Shown here: positions 9,377-18,518 of the stretch, one piece after another
Layout of the letters: every line of letters begins with the position of its first letter
Numbering within the stretch: position 1 is the first letter of the stretch
Source: Gemmatimonadota bacterium
Lineage (GTDB): Bacteria > Gemmatimonadota > Gemmatimonadetes > Gemmatimonadales > GWC2-71-9
Reading direction: 5' to 3'
DNA length: 64,000 bases
Assembly: GCA_040388535.1 (NCBI GenBank)
Contig: JAZKBR010000005.1
Coordinates: 2,938-66,937 of the forward strand
Notes under the pieces: model-generated
Seen by the model: only the letters and a program-made list of their open reading frames with translations
What the model was told of the DNA's origin: nothing
Database searches by the model: none
Position numbers and translations under genes: made by a program

Positions 9377-10660
9377 ATGATCGACATTCGACGCCTCCGG
9401 CAGGACCCCGCCACCGCGCGGGCGGCACTCGCGCGCCGCGGCGATCCCGACGCGCTCGAGCAATTCGATCGCGCCATTCAGCTGGATCTCCGCCGGCGCG
9501 AGTTGCTCGGAACGGTCGAGGCGCTCCAGGCCGAGCGTAATCAGGCCAACGAAGCGGTGGCGCGGAAGAAGCAGGCGAAGGAACCGGCTGATGAATTGCT
9601 TGCCGCACTGAAGAGCTCCGGCGAACGCGTGCGGGCACTCGAAACCGATCTTCGCGACATCGAGGCGTTGCTCGAGAGTCACCTGCTCAATGTGCCGAAC
9701 CTGCCGCTCGAGAGCGTACCGACCGGCGGCGTCGCGGCCAACGTCGTAGTGCGGTCCTGGGGCACTCCGCGCGAGTTCGATTTCACGCCGCGGCCGCACT
9801 GGGAACTGGGGCAGTCGCTCGGGCTCTTCGATTTGCCGCGCGGCGCCAAGCTCACGGGCTCCGGGTTCCCGCTCTTCACCGGGATGGGCGCCCGTCTGGT
9901 GCGCGCGCTGGCGAACTTCATGCTTGACCTGCACACCACCGAGCATGGCTATACGGAGATCCAGCCGCCGTATCTCGTGAACCGGGCGTCGCTCATCGGC
10001 ACGAGCCAGCTACCGAAGTTCGAGGACGATCTTTATCGCACCCACGCCGACGATCTTTTCCTGATCCCGACGGCCGAAGTCCCGCTCACGAACATCCATC
10101 GCGACGAGATTCTTGAGAACGCCGCGCTCCCGATCTGCTACGTGGCCTATACCCCGTGCTTCCGGCGTGAAGCCGGCGCCCATGGCAAGGACACTCGCGG
10201 CCTCATCCGAGTGCATCAATTCGACAAGGTCGAGCTGGTGCGGATTGTTCGCGCCGATAGCAGTGAGGCCGAGCACCGGCTGCTGACCTCGCACTCGGAA
10301 GCCGTGCTGCAGCGCCTCGAGATTCCCTATCGCGTCCTCGCACTCGCCTCCGGCGACACCGGGTTCGGCAGTGCGTGCACGCTTGACCTCGAGGCCTGGG
10401 CCGCCGGCGTCGGAACCTGGCTCGAAGTCTCGAGTGCCAGCACCTTCAGCGATTTCCAGGCACGACGCGCGAACATCCGCTATCGCCCGGCCGCCGGTGC
10501 CAAGCCCGAGTTCGCACACACGCTCAACGCGTCCGGTGTTGCGTTTCCACGCACGATCATTGCCCTGCTGGAGAATGGCCAGGAGGCCGACGGCAGCGTT
10601 CGCCTTCCCGCCGCGCTGGTCCCCTATGTCGGGACCGACCGCCTCGTCCCGCGGTCGTAA
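9377..10660 (+). CDS. serS: Seryl-tRNA synthetase
   Basis: N-terminal coiled-coil arm (MIDIRRLRQDP...) and class II core motifs (FRREAGAHGKDTRGLIRVHQFDKVE, TLNASGVAFPRT). Confidence 0.97.
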   Translation: MIDIRRLRQDPATARAALARRGDPDALEQFDRAIQLDLRRRELLGTVEALQAERNQANEAVARKKQAKEPADELLAALKSSGERVRALETDLRDIEALLESHLLNVPNLPLESVPTGGVAANVVVRSWGTPREFDFTPRPHWELGQSLGLFDLPRGAKLTGSGFPLFTGMGARLVRALANFMLDLHTTEHGYTEIQPPYLVNRASLIGTSQLPKFEDDLYRTHADDLFLIPTAEVPLTNIHRDEILENAALPICYVAYTPCFRREAGAHGKDTRGLIRVHQFDKVELVRIVRADSSEAEHRLLTSHSEAVLQRLEIPYRVLALASGDTGFGSACTLDLEAWAAGVGTWLEVSSASTFSDFQARRANIRYRPAAGAKPEFAHTLNASGVAFPRTIIALLENGQEADGSVRLPAALVPYVGTDRLVPRS

Positions 10661-11819
10661 GGAGCGGCTCCGACGCCTCGCACCTGGGGCGGCGGTTCTG
10701 CTCGTGGCACTGCTCGCCGGCCTCACGACCGGTTCGAGCCTCATCATTGCACGTCACTTCCGGGCAGAAGCGCTCTCGGCGTCGCGACTCTACTCTGTCG
10801 TCACGCAAGGGCTGACCGATCCGGCAGCCGATGGCGCCACGACCGCGCTCCTCGAGCTTGGCAAGGAAGTGCGCGAACTCGGGATCCCGATCGTACTCAC
10901 CGATTCTTCAGGCCGAGTCACCGCGGTCGCCAACGCCCCATTCGACACCACCGGTGCCGAAGCCAGGTTGCGCGAGTTCGCCCATGAACTCGATCGCGTC
11001 AACCCACCGATCACGCTCAAGCAGGGACTCGGTGTCCTGCATTTCGGTCCGCTCCCGAACACGAGGCTCCTCTTTGGCCTCGGCCTCCTCCAGGGACTTA
11101 CCCTGATCGTGATGGTCGCCGTCGGTGTGACGGCGTATCGCAATGCGATTACCGCACAACGTGACCGACTCTGGGTGGCGATGGCGCGCGAGGCAGCGCA
11201 CCAGATGGGTACACCTCTCACCTCGCTGCAGGGCTGGATCGAACAGCTGCGTTCTGCCGGGGTACCTCCGGCCAAGGTGGCCGAGTATCTCGATGCCGAC
11301 GCCGATCGGCTGCAGCGTGTCGCGCAGCGCTTCGAGCGGATCGGCAATCCGGCGCGCCGCGATCCCGTTGGGCTCGGAGCATTGGGAGAACGCGTCGCGG
11401 GTTATTATCGACCGCGTGTCCCCAGGCACACCAATACCATTGCGATCACCGTGCAGGCACCGAGCGCCGGACCGGTCATCCTCGGCGATGCAGTCCTGCT
11501 CGAATGGGCGCTCGAAGCCATGGTCAAGAATGCCATCGATGCGCTGCAAGGCCGGGGCGGCACGATTACGATTGCGGCCACGGCAGAAGGGTCCGATGCG
11601 GTGCTCCGGGTCGTCGATGACGGCCCTGGCGTCCCACGCGAACTGCGCCGGACGATTTTCGAGCCAGGGATCACGACCAAGCGCGGCGGCTGGGGCATTG
11701 GCCTCGCGCTCGCGCGACGGGTGATCGAGGACGCCCATCAGGGCGTCCTGGCGCTCGAGCCAACTGAACACGGGACCACTTTCCAGATGCGCTTTCCGCT
11801 CGCTTCTTCTGTCGCGTGA
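10626..11819 (+). CDS. Sensor histidine kinase (membrane-anchored, orphan)
   Basis: TM segment AVLLVALLAGL. H-box EAAHQMGTPLTSLQGW, N-box MVKNAIDAL and G-boxes DDGPGVP and GGWGIGLAL. The start is uncertain; the ATG at 10626 overlaps the serS 3' end. Confidence 0.82.
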   Translation: MSGPTASSRGRKERLRRLAPGAAVLLVALLAGLTTGSSLIIARHFRAEALSASRLYSVVTQGLTDPAADGATTALLELGKEVRELGIPIVLTDSSGRVTAVANAPFDTTGAEARLREFAHELDRVNPPITLKQGLGVLHFGPLPNTRLLFGLGLLQGLTLIVMVAVGVTAYRNAITAQRDRLWVAMAREAAHQMGTPLTSLQGWIEQLRSAGVPPAKVAEYLDADADRLQRVAQRFERIGNPARRDPVGLGALGERVAGYYRPRVPRHTNTIAITVQAPSAGPVILGDAVLLEWALEAMVKNAIDALQGRGGTITIAATAEGSDAVLRVVDDGPGVPRELRRTIFEPGITTKRGGWGIGLALARRVIEDAHQGVLALEPTEHGTTFQMRFPLASSVA

Positions 11820-14149
11820 CCACACCTCGTGATCTGCTCCAGGGATTGAACCCGGCCCAGCGCGACGCCGCTGAGCACGTGCACGGCCCGATCCTCGTGC
11901 TGGCTGGCGCCGGCTCCGGCAAGACGCGGGTGCTCACCGCGCGGATCGCGCACCTTATCGATGCCCACGGTGTCCCGCCCGAGCGGATCTTCGCCGTGAC
12001 CTTCACCAACAAGGCCGCCGGCGAGATGAAGGAGCGGATTGGTCGCTTGCTGGAGCGCGATCCCTCGGGGCTGTGGATCGGTACCTTTCACTCGCTCTCG
12101 GCCCGTCTGCTGCGGCGCGAGGCCGAGCATCTCGGCTTCACGCGCGCCTTCACGATCTACGACCAGGACGATCAGCTCTCGCTGATCCGCCGCCTGATGG
12201 ATGAACGCAACCATCCGGTGAAGCTCTACCCGCCCAAGCTGGTGCAGAACCTGATTTCGTCCGCCAAGAACCGGATGCAGACCGCTGACGACCTCGGCCG
12301 CTCCGCTCCGCACGATCCGGCGGTGCGGGTCGCGGCCGATGTCTATGCCGCGATGCAGCAGGCGCTGCACACCGCGAATGCGATGGACTTCGATGACCTG
12401 ATGTTGCATCCACTGGCACTCTTCCGGAAACATCCGGAAGTGCTGGAGCGGTGGCGCCGCCGCTTCGATTTTCTGCTCGTGGACGAGTTCCAGGATACCA
12501 ATCGCGCCCAGTACGAGCTGATCAAGTTGCTGGCGGGTGGACACACGAACGTCTTCGGTGTCGGCGATGACGATCAGTCGGTCTACGGCTGGCGCGGCGC
12601 CGATATCCGGAACATGAAGGATCTGCAGACCGATTTCGGCGAAGCGCGCCTGGTGAAGCTGGAGGAGAACTACCGCTCCACCAAGCCGATTCTCGATGCG
12701 GCGAATGCAGTGATCGCGCGCAACCCGGGGCGCTTGGGCAAGACCCTTCGCACCAGGCGGCCAGGCGGTGCCTCGCTGATCGTGCTGGCGGCGGCCGATG
12801 AGCGCGATGAGGCCGAATGGATTGCCAGGGAGCTGCAGGCGCGGAGTCGCGACGGACTCGCCTGGACGGAAGCCGCGATTCTCTATCGTACCAACGCCCA
12901 ATCGCGGGCGCTCGAAGATGCCATGCGACGCGCGGGTGTGCCCTACCGGCTGGTAGGCTCGATATCGTTCTATGATCGCCGAGAGGTCAAGGATCTGCTC
13001 GCGTACATCCGGCTCGTCGCCAATCCCGCCGATGATGAAGCGTTCCTGCGCGCGATCGGGGTGCCACGGCGTGGACTGGGCGATGCCTCCATCGCATTGC
13101 TCGCCGAGCAGGCGCGGCAGTGGCAGCGTTCGTTGCTCGAAACAGCGGAGCGGGCGGAGGCCGTCACGACCTTGCGCCCGAACCTCCGGACGGCGTTCAA
13201 GACCTTCGCCGACCTGATCACCACCTTGCGCACTCGCTTCGGCGAGGCCGTGCCCGTGGTGGTGATGGAAGAAGTGATTCGCGCGATCGATTACGAAAAC
13301 GTCCTCCTCGCCGAAGGGTTCGAAGGGACGGAACGCTGGGACAATGTCCGTGAAATGGTCGCAGCAGCGGCCGAATGGTCCGAGGTCATCCTCGACGTCG
13401 AAGAGCCCGGGACTCCGCTGCAGCGCTTCCTCGCCGAGGCAACGCTCCTTTCGGCGGTCGATACCAGCGCTGGGCGCGAAGATGGCGTGACCATGATGAC
13501 GCTGCACACCGCGAAGGGGCTCGAATGGCCGCTGGTGGTGATGTCGGGAATGGAGGACGGCCTCTTCCCCATGTCCCGAGCAATGGAATCACCCGAAGGG
13601 CTCGAGGAGGAGCGACGGCTCTGCTACGTGGGGATTACCCGGGCCCGCGATACCCTTATTCTCTCGTGGGCACGATCGCGTCGGCGGGGCGGCGAACTGC
13701 GTCCGGGAATGCCCTCGCGCTTCCTGCGGGAGTTGCCGCCCGAACTGGTCGATGAGCGCCGGACCTCCTTCGCGGTCGGCAGCTCGATGGGTGGTGGCTG
13801 GAGCGGCAGCGGGCAGTACGGTGGCACGCGCGGCGGTTCCAGCAACTGGGGGAGCAGCAAGAGCCGGGCAGCGGCGCCGCCACCGCCGATCGCGACGCCG
13901 CGCGCTGGCTGGGACGACTTCTCTCAGGTGAGCGTCGAGAAGGAACCGCCGAGCGAAAGCCAGGACGCGCCACGGTTCGTCAAGGGCGAGCGCGTGCGAC
14001 ATCGCCGCTTCGGGTCTGGCGCCATTCTCGGCCTGAGCGGCAACGGCAAGGACACCAAGGTCTCCGTCGCATTCGACGACCCGGAGATCGGAACCAAGCA
14101 GCTGCTGGTGGCCTTCGCGGGCCTCGAGCGCGACTGGGAGAGTGCATGA
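11816..14149 (+). CDS. ATP-dependent DNA helicase, UvrD/PcrA family
   Basis: Walker A LAGAGSGKTRVLT, LVDEFQDTN, and helicase motifs through TLHTAKGLEWPLV and YVGITRAR. GTG start overlaps the kinase stop (GTGA). Confidence 0.93.
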   Translation: MTTPRDLLQGLNPAQRDAAEHVHGPILVLAGAGSGKTRVLTARIAHLIDAHGVPPERIFAVTFTNKAAGEMKERIGRLLERDPSGLWIGTFHSLSARLLRREAEHLGFTRAFTIYDQDDQLSLIRRLMDERNHPVKLYPPKLVQNLISSAKNRMQTADDLGRSAPHDPAVRVAADVYAAMQQALHTANAMDFDDLMLHPLALFRKHPEVLERWRRRFDFLLVDEFQDTNRAQYELIKLLAGGHTNVFGVGDDDQSVYGWRGADIRNMKDLQTDFGEARLVKLEENYRSTKPILDAANAVIARNPGRLGKTLRTRRPGGASLIVLAAADERDEAEWIARELQARSRDGLAWTEAAILYRTNAQSRALEDAMRRAGVPYRLVGSISFYDRREVKDLLAYIRLVANPADDEAFLRAIGVPRRGLGDASIALLAEQARQWQRSLLETAERAEAVTTLRPNLRTAFKTFADLITTLRTRFGEAVPVVVMEEVIRAIDYENVLLAEGFEGTERWDNVREMVAAAAEWSEVILDVEEPGTPLQRFLAEATLLSAVDTSAGREDGVTMMTLHTAKGLEWPLVVMSGMEDGLFPMSRAMESPEGLEEERRLCYVGITRARDTLILSWARSRRRGGELRPGMPSRFLRELPPELVDERRTSFAVGSSMGGGWSGSGQYGGTRGGSSNWGSSKSRAAAPPPPIATPRAGWDDFSQVSVEKEPPSESQDAPRFVKGERVRHRRFGSGAILGLSGNGKDTKVSVAFDDPEIGTKQLLVAFAGLERDWESA

Positions 14150-14445
14150 TCATCGGAGCGGATGAAGTCCGGCACGTGGCGAAGCTGGCCGAACTGGCGG
14201 TCGCGGAGGCGGATGTGGCGACCCTCGCGACGCAGCTCGAGGGGATCGTCGCGTTCGTGGCACAGCTGAATGAAGTGGAGCTGCCGGAGGGTACCGGCGT
14301 GACGGCGGTTGGCCCAGATCAGGTGCTGCTACGCGAGGACCGAGTCGATCCGATCCCGATGTCGCGCACCGCCGCGCAGCTCGCTCCCGAATTCCGCGAA
14401 GGCTTCTTCGTCGTGCCGAAGCTCGGCGGGCTGGCCGAAGGATGA
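14146..14445 (+). CDS. gatC: Asp/Glu-tRNA amidotransferase subunit C
   Basis: A 99-aa protein (VRHVAKLAELAV...EGIVAFVAQLNEV) in a gatCAB arrangement, with an ATGA overlap. Confidence 0.9.
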   Translation: MIIGADEVRHVAKLAELAVAEADVATLATQLEGIVAFVAQLNEVELPEGTGVTAVGPDQVLLREDRVDPIPMSRTAAQLAPEFREGFFVVPKLGGLAEG

Positions 14446-15827
14446 GCGCCGCCGATCTTGCCCGCGAAACAGGGCAGCGCTTCGCCGAGGCCGACGCCCG
14501 CGGGCTCAATGCGACGCTGCACTGGTCGCAAGAACTGCTCGATCGCGATGCCGCACTGCTCGATGCCGCGCCTGCGGGGCCACTGAGCGGCATCGCCGTG
14601 GCACTCAAGGACAACATCGTCACCCCGGATCAGCCGACGACCTGCGCCTCGAAGATTCTCGAGGGTTACCTCTCGCCGTACGAGGCCACGGTGGCATCGC
14701 GCCTGCGCGCGGCCGGTGCACTCATCGCGGGGAAGGCGAACCTCGATGAATTCGCGATGGGCTCCTCGACCGAGAACTCTGCCTACGGCCGGGTCAAGAA
14801 CCCGATCGATCTCGACCGGGTGCCCGGCGGATCGAGTGGCGGCTCGGCGGCGCTGGTCGCTGCGGGCGTGACGGCTGCCGCACTCGGTTCCGAAACCGGC
14901 GGGTCGGTCCGTCAGCCGGCGGCCTTCTGCGGCGTGGTCGGGCTCAAGCCCAGCTACGGCCGTGTCTCCCGGTTCGGCCTCGTCGCCTTCGGCTCCTCGC
15001 TCGATTGCGTCTCCGTCTTCGGGCGAAACGTGGCCGACGCTGGCAAGACGCTCTGCGCGATCTCTGGTCACGACCCGCGCGATGCGACGACTCGCCAGGT
15101 CGCACCGCTCGTGCTCCCCGAGGGTCGCACCGATTTGCGAGGCATGGTGATCGGGCTGCCGAAGGAATATTTCCCGGCGGATCTCCACCCAGGAGTGCGA
15201 GCCGCCTGCGATGCGACGATCGCGCTCCTGCGCGAACTCGGCGCCGAGGTGCGTGAAGTGTCGCTTCCGCATACGCGATATGCCGTGCCGACCTACTACA
15301 TCGTGAACCCGGCCGAGGCGGCAGCCAACCTCGCGCGTTTCGATGGTGTGCGCTACGGCCCACGCAAGATCGGCCCTGAAGGCGACCTGCGTGCGCTCTA
15401 CCGGGCAACCCGGGGCGAGGGGTTCGGTCCCGAGGTGCGCCGCCGCATCCTGATCGGCACTTTCGTACTGAGTGCCGGTTATGCCGGACAGTATTACAGC
15501 CGTGCTCAGGGTGTCCGGCGCCTGATCTCGGATGACTTCACTCGCGTGTTCGATGGCGGGGTGGATCTGCTCTTTACCCCGACCACGCCGACGCCGGCCT
15601 TCAAGGCCGGCGAAAAGACCGCCGATCCGGTCGAGATGTATCTCGCGGACATCTTCGTGGCTCCGGCGAGCCTCGCCGGGCTGCCGGCGATGTCGGTCCC
15701 CATCGGCCGCGACGGCGGGCTGCCGATTGGCGGTCAACTGATTGCGGCCGACTTCGATGAGTCGACGATGCTCGCGGCCGCGGGTGTGCTCGAGGCGTCG
15801 CTCGACCCAATGGCAGAGGTGCGCTGA
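14442..15827 (+). CDS. gatA: Asp/Glu-tRNA amidotransferase subunit A
   Basis: Amidase signature GGSSGGSAALVAAG and the conserved KDNI motif. Confidence 0.97.
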   Translation: MSAADLARETGQRFAEADARGLNATLHWSQELLDRDAALLDAAPAGPLSGIAVALKDNIVTPDQPTTCASKILEGYLSPYEATVASRLRAAGALIAGKANLDEFAMGSSTENSAYGRVKNPIDLDRVPGGSSGGSAALVAAGVTAAALGSETGGSVRQPAAFCGVVGLKPSYGRVSRFGLVAFGSSLDCVSVFGRNVADAGKTLCAISGHDPRDATTRQVAPLVLPEGRTDLRGMVIGLPKEYFPADLHPGVRAACDATIALLRELGAEVREVSLPHTRYAVPTYYIVNPAEAAANLARFDGVRYGPRKIGPEGDLRALYRATRGEGFGPEVRRRILIGTFVLSAGYAGQYYSRAQGVRRLISDDFTRVFDGGVDLLFTPTTPTPAFKAGEKTADPVEMYLADIFVAPASLAGLPAMSVPIGRDGGLPIGGQLIAADFDESTMLAAAGVLEASLDPMAEVR

Positions 15828-17245
15828 TGACCTGGGAGACTGTCATCGGACTTGAGGTGCACGTGCAGCTCAAGACCCGCAGCAAGATGTTTTGCGGCTG
15901 CTCGACTACATACGGCGACGCGCCGAACACCAACGTCTGCCCAGTCTGCCTGGGGCTGCCCGGGGCGCTGCCGGTTCCGAACGCCGAAGCGATCCGGCTC
16001 GGTGTCCGCGGTGCACTTGCCATCGGCTGCGAAATTCATCACACCAGCATCTTCGCGCGCAAGAATTACTTCTACCCCGATCTTCCCAAGGGCTATCAGA
16101 TCTCCCAGTTCGACAAGCCGCTGGCGACCGAGGGTGTTGTCGCGATCGACTCGCCCGAGCGCGGGGCGATCAGCGTCAGCATCACCCGGCTGCACCTCGA
16201 GGAGGACGCCGGCAAGTCGCTGCACGACCGGATTCCGGGGATGACCGCGATCGACCTGAACCGTGCCGGCACGCCGCTCGCCGAGATCGTGAGCGGACCC
16301 GACATGTGCTCGCCGGGCGAAGCGCGCGTGTACCTCACGACGCTCCGCCAGCTGCTCATCTATGCCGGCGTGAGCGAATGCTCGATGGAGCAGGGGTCGC
16401 TTCGCGTTGATGCCAACCTCTCGGTACGCCGCCCTGGCGATCCGCTGGGCACCAAGACCGAAGTGAAGAACATGAACTCGTTCGCGAACGTCGAGCGTGC
16501 GCTCGAGTCCGAACGGTTGCGCCAGATCGCGCTGATCGAATCCGGCGGCAAAGTCACCCAGGTCACCCTGACGTTCAACGCGGCCACGGGCGAGGTCAAG
16601 CCACTTCGCACCAAGGAAGACTCGCACGACTACCGCTATTTCCCCGATCCCGACCTGCCGCCACTCGTTCTCGACGCGGCGTGGGTCGAGGCGCAGAGCA
16701 CATCGCTGCCGGAACTTCCCGCCGCGCGCCGTACGCGTTACGAGACGGCACTCGCGCTGCCGACCTACGATGCCCGCGTGCTGACCCAGGAACCGGTCAT
16801 CGCCGATTACTTCGAAGCGGTGATCGCTGCGGGCGTCGAACCGAAGACCGCTGCCAACTGGGTCCTCGGTGAAGTGATGACGGGGTTCAACGAGCGCGGG
16901 GAATTCGCGGTGCCTCCCGACCGGCTTGCCGCACTCGCGGCGCTCGTGGCCGATGGCACGCTCTCGCTCTCGGCCGCAAAGAAGATTTTTCCGGAGCTTG
17001 CTGCGAGCGCTGAGGCCCCTGCGGAGATCGCCCAGCGCCTCGGGCTGGTGCAGGTGCGTGACGAGGGTGCCCTCGCGGGCTGGGTCGACGAGGTCATTGC
17101 CTTGTTCCCGGACGAAGTCGCGCGCTTTCGCGGTGGCGAAGCGAAGCTCGTCGGTTTCTTCGTCGGACAAATCATGAAGAAGAGCCAGGGGAAGGCCGAT
17201 CCCAAGGGGATCCAACCCATTCTGATGGGGAGACTCAACGGATGA
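15827..17245 (+). CDS. gatB: Asp/Glu-tRNA amidotransferase subunit B
   Basis: WETVIGLEVHVQLKT...KMFCGC...PGALPV and a C-terminal YqeY-like tail. Confidence 0.97.
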   Translation: MTWETVIGLEVHVQLKTRSKMFCGCSTTYGDAPNTNVCPVCLGLPGALPVPNAEAIRLGVRGALAIGCEIHHTSIFARKNYFYPDLPKGYQISQFDKPLATEGVVAIDSPERGAISVSITRLHLEEDAGKSLHDRIPGMTAIDLNRAGTPLAEIVSGPDMCSPGEARVYLTTLRQLLIYAGVSECSMEQGSLRVDANLSVRRPGDPLGTKTEVKNMNSFANVERALESERLRQIALIESGGKVTQVTLTFNAATGEVKPLRTKEDSHDYRYFPDPDLPPLVLDAAWVEAQSTSLPELPAARRTRYETALALPTYDARVLTQEPVIADYFEAVIAAGVEPKTAANWVLGEVMTGFNERGEFAVPPDRLAALAALVADGTLSLSAAKKIFPELAASAEAPAEIAQRLGLVQVRDEGALAGWVDEVIALFPDEVARFRGGEAKLVGFFVGQIMKKSQGKADPKGIQPILMGRLNG

Positions 17246-18474
17246 GCGAGGTTCAGTCGGTCAGCGCGATTCGCGCGGAATTCGCGGCACTCGAGCGCCG
17301 CCATCTCGGGACGCCAGTGGCCTATTTCGATGGCCCCGGCGGCACCCAGGTCCCGCGAGCCGTGGTCCAGGCCATCACCGACTACCTCACCAACCACAAC
17401 GCCAACACTCACTGGCTCTATCCGTCGAGTATCGAGACCGACGCGCTCCTCTCCGCGGCACGCGAGACCTACGCGGCGTTCTTCAACGGTGCCGCCAGCG
17501 AAGTCGTCTTCGGCAACAACATGACGACCCTCACCTTCCATATGGCGCGCGCACTTGGCCGTGGCTGGCAGGCCGGCGATGAAGTGGTGGTAACGGAGCT
17601 CGACCACCACGCCAACCTGGCACCGTGGCAGGCGCTTGCGAGGGAGCGGGGCATTGTGCTCCGCATGTTGCCACTCGACCTCGAGACCTTCCGCCTTCGG
17701 CTCGACCTGCTTCCGGGGCTCATCAACTCCCGCACGAAGCTCGTCGCCATCGGCGCGGCCTCGAATGCGCTCGGCACCATCACCGACGTGGCCGAGGCCG
17801 CGCGGATCGCGCACGCGGCCGGTGCCCTCGTCTACGTCGATGGCGTGCACTACTCCCCCCACGTGCTTCCGGATGTGCAGGCGCTCGGCTGTGACTTCTT
17901 TGTCTGCTCGTCGTACAAGTTTTTCGGACCACACGCCGGTATCCTCTGGGGCCGCCGGGAGCTGCTCGAGTCGCTCGACGCGCCCAAGCTCGAACCGGCG
18001 CCTGACACGGCGCCTGAACGGTTCGAGACCGGGACGCAGAACCACGAAGGCATCGTCGGCGCAGCTGCTGCGGTGCAATGGCTCGCCTCGCTGGCTGGGA
18101 ACGTGGGTGCGCTGCGGCCCCGGCTGGAACGAACCTATCAGGTCCTCCACGAGCGGGAGGCGGAATTGTTCCAGCGGCTCTGGGATGGGCTCGGCGGGGT
18201 GCCCGGCCTCGTTCGCTATGGCCCGCCGCCGGGGATACCCCGGACGGCGACCATCGCGTTCACGCTCAAGGACATCCCGAGCGCAGATGTCGCCGCGCAA
18301 CTCGTCGATGATGCCTGCTTCGTTTCCAACGGCGACTTCTACGCCACCACGGTTGCGCGCCGACTCAAGCTTGAATCAGCAGGGCTGGTGCGGATCGGTG
18401 CCGCGTGCTACACCACCGCCGACGAAATTGACCGAGTTGTGTCAGGCGTCGCGCGCATTGGAGCGCATCACTAG
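17242..18474 (+). CDS. Class V aminotransferase, cysteine desulfurase-like family protein
   Basis: PLP-enzyme fold with SSYKFFGPHAGI (Lys in the SxxK context). It resembles the cysteine-desulfurase-like VC1184-type subfamily. Confidence 0.82.
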   Translation: MSEVQSVSAIRAEFAALERRHLGTPVAYFDGPGGTQVPRAVVQAITDYLTNHNANTHWLYPSSIETDALLSAARETYAAFFNGAASEVVFGNNMTTLTFHMARALGRGWQAGDEVVVTELDHHANLAPWQALARERGIVLRMLPLDLETFRLRLDLLPGLINSRTKLVAIGAASNALGTITDVAEAARIAHAAGALVYVDGVHYSPHVLPDVQALGCDFFVCSSYKFFGPHAGILWGRRELLESLDAPKLEPAPDTAPERFETGTQNHEGIVGAAAAVQWLASLAGNVGALRPRLERTYQVLHEREAELFQRLWDGLGGVPGLVRYGPPPGIPRTATIAFTLKDIPSADVAAQLVDDACFVSNGDFYATTVARRLKLESAGLVRIGAACYTTADEIDRVVSGVARIGAHH

Positions 18475-18518
18475 CCAGGGCTGCAACCACTCGGCCCGGT
18501 TCTGCGTCTCATTCTCTG

